This document shows positions 58,150 through 64,000 of a DNA stretch of 64,000 nt, piece after piece. The DNA is taken from the NCBI GenBank assembly GCA_017513625.1, contig JAFXEW010000035.1, forward strand, positions 544 to 64,543, given 5' to 3'. The position numbers and the translations under genes are program-made. This stretch comes from Lachnospiraceae bacterium (GTDB lineage Bacteria; Bacillota; Clostridia; Lachnospirales; Lachnospiraceae). The notes under the pieces are model-generated. The model did not search any database, was not told the origin of the DNA, and saw only the letters and a list, made by a program, of their open reading frames with translations. Each line of letters begins with the position of its first letter. Position 1 is the first letter of the stretch.

Positions 58150-60804
58150 TTACTGTAACTGACCTTCCAGAACCATAGAAGCCTCTGCGATAGCATCGGG
58201 GATTCCTGCAGGATTCTTGCCGCCGGCCTGTGCCATATTGGGCCGACCGCCGCCGCCACCGCCTACCAGAGCAGCAATACCTTTAATCAGATTACCTGCA
58301 TGAGCTCCCTTATCAAGTGCTCCCTGAGTGGCCATAGCTACCATATTTACCTTACCGTCCTGGTTGGAAAGAAGTACAACAACACCTTCTCCCAGCTTAT
58401 CCTTCAGCTGATCACCCAGATCACGCAGGCCATTCATATCCACGCCATCCACGCTGGTAGCAAGAAGTTTCACGCCCTTTACTTCCACCACCTGATTCAT
58501 TACATCGCCCAAAGCATCCTTTGCAGCCTTGCTCTTCAAGGATTCATTTTCGGACTGTACACTCTTTAACTCTGCCAGCACATGCTCACATCTCTCTACC
58601 AGAGAAGCAGGTGTGGTTTTCATTACCCTGGCAGCTTCTTCCAGCTTCTTCTCCAGACTCTTGTAATAATCAAATACACCCTTACCTGTCAGTGCTTCAA
58701 TTCTTCTGGTTCCGCCTGCAATACCGCTTTCAGATACGATTTTGAATACACTGATTACACCGGTATTATTTACATGGGTACCGCCACAAAGTTCGATGGA
58801 AAAATCACCCATTTTTACCACACGTACGGTTTCGCCGTACTTTTCTCCAAAAAGTGCCATGGCACCGGTCTTTCTGGCTTCATCAATGGTCATCTCACTG
58901 GTAATGACATCAATTCCCTCAGCAATCTTAGCATTTACAATATCTTCAACCTTCTGCAGGTCCTCAGAAGTCATAGCCGAGAAGTGCGAGAAGTCAAAAC
59001 GCAGTCTGTCCCCATCCACATAAGAACCTTTCTGCTCTACATGCGCACCAAGTACCTCACGGAGTGCCTTCTGAAGTAAATGTGTGGCACTATGATTCTT
59101 GCAGGTATCGCTTCTTCTGGTGCTGTCCACCTTCAGTTCTGCGTTGTCGCCTGCTTTGATGACACCACGGGTAACTGCTCCGATATGGCCCACCTTGCCG
59201 CCTAACAGCTTAATGGTATCCTTTACTTCAAAAGTACCTTCTGCCGTCTCAATCACGCCGATATCACCGCACTGTCCGCCCATGGTAGCATAGAAAGGGG
59301 TTTCCTCTACGATAACAGTTCCTACTTCTCCCTCCGTAAGAGCCATAACAAGCTCTGTTTCCGAAGTAAGTACCGTAACCTTTGATGTATGGTTCAGTTT
59401 ATCATATCCTACAAATTCTGTAGTAATGCTTGGATCAATGGATTCATATACGGTTACATCAGCGCCCATATAATTAGAAACCTTACGTGCCTTACGTGCA
59501 GTCTCCTTCTGTTGCTGCATGCATACAGCAAAGCCTGCTTCGTCAATGGTAAAGCCCTTTTCTTCCAGAATCTCGGCAGTCAGGTCTGTAGGGAATCCGT
59601 AGGTATCATAAAGCTTAAATGCATCCTCACCGGGGAGCTCCGTAATACCCTTTGCTGCCATAGATTCTTCCATTTCGCCTAAGATAGCCAGACCTTTATC
59701 GATGGTCTTATCAAATTTATCTTCTTCCTGTGTAAGTACTGTCAGGATAAACTGCTGCTTTTCAGCTAATTCGGGATAACCGTCCTTACACTCGGCAATA
59801 ACGGTCTGCGCCAGATTTGCAAGAAACTGACCCTTTACGCCCAGCTTACGGCCATGTCTTGCCGCACGGCGGATTAATCTTCTGAGTACATAACCACGGC
59901 CTTCGTTGGAAGGTGTGATACCGTCACTGATCATAAAGGTGGAAGAACGGATATGATCCGTAATTAAGCGGATGGATACATCCTTCGCCTCATCGCTCTG
60001 ATAAGTAACGCCAGCAATTTCACAGATACGGTCACGGATAGCCTTCATGGTGTCAATATCAAATACGGAGGTAACATCCTGCACTACCACGGCCAGACGC
60101 TCCAGACCCATACCGGTATCAATATTCTTCTGGGAAAGTTCTGTATAATTACCCTTGCCATCGCCTTCAAACTGGGTAAATACGTTGTTCCATACTTCCA
60201 TGAAACGATCGCACTCACAGCCCACCTTACAGTCAGGGCTACCGCAGCCGTATTTTTCACCTCTGTCATAGTAAATCTCGGAACAGGGACCGCAGGGACC
60301 TGCGCCGTGCTCCCAGAAATTATCACACTTACCGTTTTCGTCACGGTAGAAACGGGTAATCTTTTCACCGGGCACGCCGATTTCATTTACCCAGATATCA
60401 TATGCTTCATCATCTTCACAATAAATGGAAGGATACAGACGCTCGGGCTCCATGCCCACCACCTCTGTCAAAAACTCCCAGCTCCATGCAATTGCCTCAT
60501 GCTTAAAATAATCTCCGAAAGAGAAATTACCAAGCATTTCAAAGAAGGTAAGGTGACGGGCAGTCTTACCTACATTTTCAATATCTCCCGTACGCACGCA
60601 CTTCTGGCAGGTGGTAACCCTGCGGCGGGGAGGAATTTCCTGTCCCGTGAAATAAGGCTTAAGGGGTGCCATACCGGAGTTAATAATCAATAAACTGTTA
60701 TCATTACGGGGAATCAGTGAGAAGCTGTTCATTTTTAAATGATCCTTGCTCTCAAAGAATTCCAGATACATTCTTCTAAGTTCATTTACACCATATGCTT
60801 TCAT
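58150..60804 (-). CDS. alaS: Alanine--tRNA ligase
   Basis: NSGMAPLK, RH.TFFEMLGNFSFGDYFK, GPCGPCSE, DTGMGLER, HSATHLL, ELCGGTH, GGGGGRP. Confidence 0.97.
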   Translation of the reverse strand: MKAYGVNELRRMYLEFFESKDHLKMNSFSLIPRNDNSLLIINSGMAPLKPYFTGQEIPPRRRVTTCQKCVRTGDIENVGKTARHLTFFEMLGNFSFGDYFKHEAIAWSWEFLTEVVGMEPERLYPSIYCEDDEAYDIWVNEIGVPGEKITRFYRDENGKCDNFWEHGAGPCGPCSEIYYDRGEKYGCGSPDCKVGCECDRFMEVWNNVFTQFEGDGKGNYTELSQKNIDTGMGLERLAVVVQDVTSVFDIDTMKAIRDRICEIAGVTYQSDEAKDVSIRLITDHIRSSTFMISDGITPSNEGRGYVLRRLIRRAARHGRKLGVKGQFLANLAQTVIAECKDGYPELAEKQQFILTVLTQEEDKFDKTIDKGLAILGEMEESMAAKGITELPGEDAFKLYDTYGFPTDLTAEILEEKGFTIDEAGFAVCMQQQKETARKARKVSNYMGADVTVYESIDPSITTEFVGYDKLNHTSKVTVLTSETELVMALTEGEVGTVIVEETPFYATMGGQCGDIGVIETAEGTFEVKDTIKLLGGKVGHIGAVTRGVIKAGDNAELKVDSTRRSDTCKNHSATHLLQKALREVLGAHVEQKGSYVDGDRLRFDFSHFSAMTSEDLQKVEDIVNAKIAEGIDVITSEMTIDEARKTGAMALFGEKYGETVRVVKMGDFSIELCGGTHVNNTGVISVFKIVSESGIAGGTRRIEALTGKGVFDYYKSLEKKLEEAARVMKTTPASLVERCEHVLAELKSVQSENESLKSKAAKDALGDVMNQVVEVKGVKLLATSVDGVDMNGLRDLGDQLKDKLGEGVVVLLSNQDGKVNMVAMATQGALDKGAHAGNLIKGIAALVGGGGGGRPNMAQAGGKNPAGIPDAIAEASMVLEGQLQ

Positions 60805-60842
60805 GGTCTATTCCTCCAAATCATTGGTTAATCAATTAAATA

Positions 60843-60871
60843 ATTATAGAAGTTAATCCCCTACTTGTCAA
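60843..60871 (-). promoter_or_regulatory. Consensus sigmaA promoter of alaS
   Basis: TTGACA-N17-TATAAT about 40 nt upstream of the start. Confidence 0.8.
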
Positions 60872-60904
60872 ATGTTTTACAACCACCGGGCAGGTTTTTA
60901 TCCA

Positions 60905-62593
60905 TTAATCATCTTCCTCTTCCAGGAAATCATTTAAAGCCTCCCTGGTACGGATGATTTCATCATGGTCAGCGCCCTTAAGTGCCGCTTCAAATGCTGT
61001 AAGATAAAAATCAAGATTCTTACGCCTTACGCCCAGGGATTCTTCATACACTCTCTCGGCACGAAGCAGTGCCAGACGGTTTTCTTCATAATCACGGGGC
61101 TGTATTTTCAGATAAGCCAGCTCTTCCATACGTTTTGCGATTTCCTCTTCCGTCATTTGATTATCATCACCTTTAATAATCATTTTACGGGTTAATCCCG
61201 TGGAAACTACTTTCACTTCCACCTCCAGAAGGGAATTAATATCATATGTATAAGTAACATCAACGGACTCACGTCCCTTTAAGGCCTTAGGAATCTCTAC
61301 CTCCAGTTCTCCCAGATACAAATTATTTCTGGCAAACCTGCTTTCTCCCTGCAAAACGCGGACTCTTATTTTATCCTGATTATCCCGCACCGTATACAAT
61401 CGTTCCGTATGACTGGCCGGAATTACGGTATTACGCTCTATGATAGGACAAAAACGTCCGTCCTCATACTTGCCTTCCTCGTACTCTACCACTACTTCCG
61501 TTCCCAGGGTAAAGGAGCACACATCCGTAAGAATTACCTCCTTCACTTCCTCCCTGCGTTCTTTCATGGCCGCCTGAATGGCTGCTCCCAACGCCACTGT
61601 TTCATCCGGATTTAAATTCGTATCCGGGAACTTCCGGAACAAACGTATCATAAAATCCCTGACAATGGATAATTTAGTGGCGCCGCCGATTAAAATAACC
61701 TCATCAATATCTCCCAGCTTAAGTCCTGCATCCGCCAAGCTTTTCTTAACCGGTTCTCGGATTTTCATAAAGAGCTCATTACAAGCCTCTTCATATTCCT
61801 TCAGGGTCACTTCTGCCTCTTTTGTCTCCTGATTCTGACGCAGCAGCGAAATGGTAACCTTATCCGTATCATTGATGGCAATCTTAGCTTTTTCTGCCTG
61901 TTTATACAGGCGGACCTGCTCTTTTTCAGTCAGCTCCTGCATCTGGATTTTGGTTTTCTGCAAAAACAGTTTCACCATCATCTGGGTAAAATCCTCGCCT
62001 CCCAGATAATTATCGCCGGCTACCGCCCGCACTTCCAGAATATTATGATACAGTTCCAATACAGATACATCAAAAGTACCGCCGCCTAAGTCAAATACAA
62101 GAAATCGGGTATCCCGTGTTTTATCATACAGTCCGTAAGCCACTGCAGCAGCTGTAGGTTCGGAAATCATACGTTCCACCTTAAGACCGGCCAATTCCCC
62201 TGCCCTCTTGGTGGCTTTACGCCTTTTATCATCAAAATAAGCAGGTACACTGATGACTGCCTCCGTTACTTCTTCGCCCAGATACGCTTCCGCATCCTCC
62301 TTCAATGCACGAAGCACCATGCCGGAAAGCTCCTCGGGCTTAAATTTCCTTCCGCCGAGCACATACTCTCTTTCCGTTCCCATGCTTCTTTTAAAAGTCT
62401 GAGCCACACTTCCGGGATAAAGACTCATACGCTCTTTAGCGGTTTCACCCACATACACATTGCCTTCTTCATCCACACTTACCACGGAAGGTGTAAGATT
62501 CTTTCCCAGTCTGTTGGGAATTATCTTAGGTCCGTCCTCTGTAAAATATGCCACCAGACTATTGGTTGTTCCTAAATCAATTCCGACTATCAT
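60905..62593 (-). CDS. hscC: Specialised Hsp70 (HscC/Hsc62-like)
   Basis: GIDLGTTNS, ISVPAYF, EPTAAA, DLGGGTFDVS, LTDVC.FTLG, CPIIERNTVIP; 562 aa, shorter than DnaK. Confidence 0.8.
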   Translation of the reverse strand: MIVGIDLGTTNSLVAYFTEDGPKIIPNRLGKNLTPSVVSVDEEGNVYVGETAKERMSLYPGSVAQTFKRSMGTEREYVLGGRKFKPEELSGMVLRALKEDAEAYLGEEVTEAVISVPAYFDDKRRKATKRAGELAGLKVERMISEPTAAAVAYGLYDKTRDTRFLVFDLGGGTFDVSVLELYHNILEVRAVAGDNYLGGEDFTQMMVKLFLQKTKIQMQELTEKEQVRLYKQAEKAKIAINDTDKVTISLLRQNQETKEAEVTLKEYEEACNELFMKIREPVKKSLADAGLKLGDIDEVILIGGATKLSIVRDFMIRLFRKFPDTNLNPDETVALGAAIQAAMKERREEVKEVILTDVCSFTLGTEVVVEYEEGKYEDGRFCPIIERNTVIPASHTERLYTVRDNQDKIRVRVLQGESRFARNNLYLGELEVEIPKALKGRESVDVTYTYDINSLLEVEVKVVSTGLTRKMIIKGDDNQMTEEEIAKRMEELAYLKIQPRDYEENRLALLRAERVYEESLGVRRKNLDFYLTAFEAALKGADHDEIIRTREALNDFLEEEDD

Positions 62594-62605
62594 ATCTTTC
62601 TTCCT

Positions 62606-64000
62606 TTATTTCTTATCAGTTCCCCCGAAAAGCTTGGTCAATCCTCTAAACAGTCCTTTTTCCGTTTTGCTGTCGCTTCCCGAAATGCCACTGAGTTCTT
62701 CATCGCCGGTAATAGTACCCATTTCACAGTATCTCTTTACTGCCAGCAGAAAATCATTGTAAACACAGCCTTTCAGATACTTATCCAACAATTCCAAAGC
62801 CTCTTGCCTGCGTCCTATACGCACCATATAAACCAGCCTTACAGCTTCAAACTCCTTACATACGGAATACGCACACTGGAAACAGGTCAGGGAAGTTTTT
62901 TCCGTTTCCATGATTTTCTCCAGTTCTTCCGGTGCCGCGTCATAATAGTGCATAAGAAATTCTTTCTGCAAAATCGCCTTTTCCATATGGTGATATCTTT
63001 CCGGCTGTCCGGATGCGGCATGTTCTTTATCAAGCTGTTGCATCTTAGCTGCATACTTTCTGCCTTTATCATCGTTTCCGGTTAGAATACACATCAGCAT
63101 CAGATCGGTATAACTATAAGCATCAGGTTTCCTGTGTTGTTCTTTTACCGCTGCTTCCATATATTTCACGGCTTCATCAGGCTCTCCGAACAAAAGCTCA
63201 CGAAATCCCAATATTTTATAATACTCAAACCTGCTTTCTTTATCAGAATTTGCAGTATTAGCAATATGCCACCTGCTCCACTGCTGCACGGCAAGTGCAG
63301 CTTTGTCCTTCTGATTGGTACTGTTATAAAAGTCAATCAGTTCATGATAACGTTTAGCCGCCCGGTCCTTATAAGTAGTATTTATAACTCTTTCTGCTTC
63401 ATCCAACCTTCCGGCGCAGGACAGAATATGTACATAATCACCGATTACCGTGGTATTATTCCATGCACGGTCACCGCCCACTTTAAACATCTCATCGCAG
63501 GATTTTAAAGCCATTTGGGGCTGTCCCAATCTGGAATAAATACGTGCAATCTTTAAATGCATTCCATAATACACTTCATCAAAATAGAGTTTGGCCATTT
63601 TAGCACATATAAGGGCATTTTCAAACATGCCTTTACGTACATACAGCTCGAGCAGCTCATCATATGCATAAGGATCTCCGGGTTCCAGTTCCAATATTTT
63701 CCTAAAATCCTCCTCAGCCTCTTCCATTTTGTTTGCAGCCATATAAAAGATTCCCCGCTTATAAAGCATATACGGACCGGGATATTTATAAAGATATTCA
63801 TTAATCACAGGAAGACCTTTTTCAAAACATTCCTCATTACCATCGGCTAAGGGATTCTGGTATTTCTCTTCGAATTCCTTCATCTTTTCTTCGATTTCAG
63901 CTCCGGTAAAAGGCTCATGGGTCATCTGATAACGATATGCATCCAAAAGAACGCTTTTAACGCCGTTTTGCTCTGCTTCATTTAAAAGCTTAACCAGATC
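62606..64000 (-). CDS. 3' part of a large TPR-repeat protein that starts beyond the window
   Basis: Frame is open from 64000 (DLVKLLNEAEQNGVKSVLLDAY...) through the ORF-track start at 63946; TPR-like helices; CxxCxxxxC near the C-terminus. Confidence 0.75.
   Translation of the reverse strand, partial: DLVKLLNEAEQNGVKSVLLDAYRYQMTHEPFTGAEIEEKMKEFEEKYQNPLADGNEECFEKGLPVINEYLYKYPGPYMLYKRGIFYMAANKMEEAEEDFRKILELEPGDPYAYDELLELYVRKGMFENALICAKMAKLYFDEVYYGMHLKIARIYSRLGQPQMALKSCDEMFKVGGDRAWNNTTVIGDYVHILSCAGRLDEAERVINTTYKDRAAKRYHELIDFYNSTNQKDKAALAVQQWSRWHIANTANSDKESRFEYYKILGFRELLFGEPDEAVKYMEAAVKEQHRKPDAYSYTDLMLMCILTGNDDKGRKYAAKMQQLDKEHAASGQPERYHHMEKAILQKEFLMHYYDAAPEELEKIMETEKTSLTCFQCAYSVCKEFEAVRLVYMVRIGRRQEALELLDKYLKGCVYNDFLLAVKRYCEMGTITGDEELSGISGSDSKTEKGLFRGLTKLFGGTDKK

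Noticed and set aside
2952-63850. Numerous other plus-strand and nested ORFs in the track
   Set aside because: They lie antisense to or inside well-supported genes and have no RBS or protein motifs.

Overview
Chromosomal backbone of a spore-forming Clostridia genome. Gene content and order look like Lachnospiraceae; this is inferred, not checked by a search. Nearly all genes lie on the minus strand. Housekeeping content: T-box-controlled leuS and pheST, alaS, rpsU, a second EF-G paralogue, queA, thrC, deoC, a PEP carboxykinase, rnfCDGEAB, cmk-ispH-rpsA-cheR, scpAB with two D,D-carboxypeptidases, a biotin-dependent decarboxylase/carboxyltransferase cluster, and a 6S RNA. Accessory-looking blocks: tldD/tldE, hipB-hipA-traX, and an HscC-type Hsp70 with a TPR partner. 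I found no rRNA, tRNA, CRISPR array, integrase or transposase. Best leads: (1) a stand-alone AP2/degenerate-HNH/AP2 protein that looks like a domesticated homing endonuclease; (2) the MurL-MurD2 L-Glu epimerase route to peptidoglycan, directly behind a SpoIID/LytB gene; (3) a transcarboxylase-like set combined with a Na+ pump; (4) a multi-stem inverted-repeat element fused to the oadB stop codon; (5) LeuRS with KMGKR in place of KMSKS; (6) a GH25 protein that has lost its catalytic residues; (7) a sigmaK/sigmaE-driven Cys/Gly-rich spore locus. All calls come from motif recognition by eye; no database search was run.
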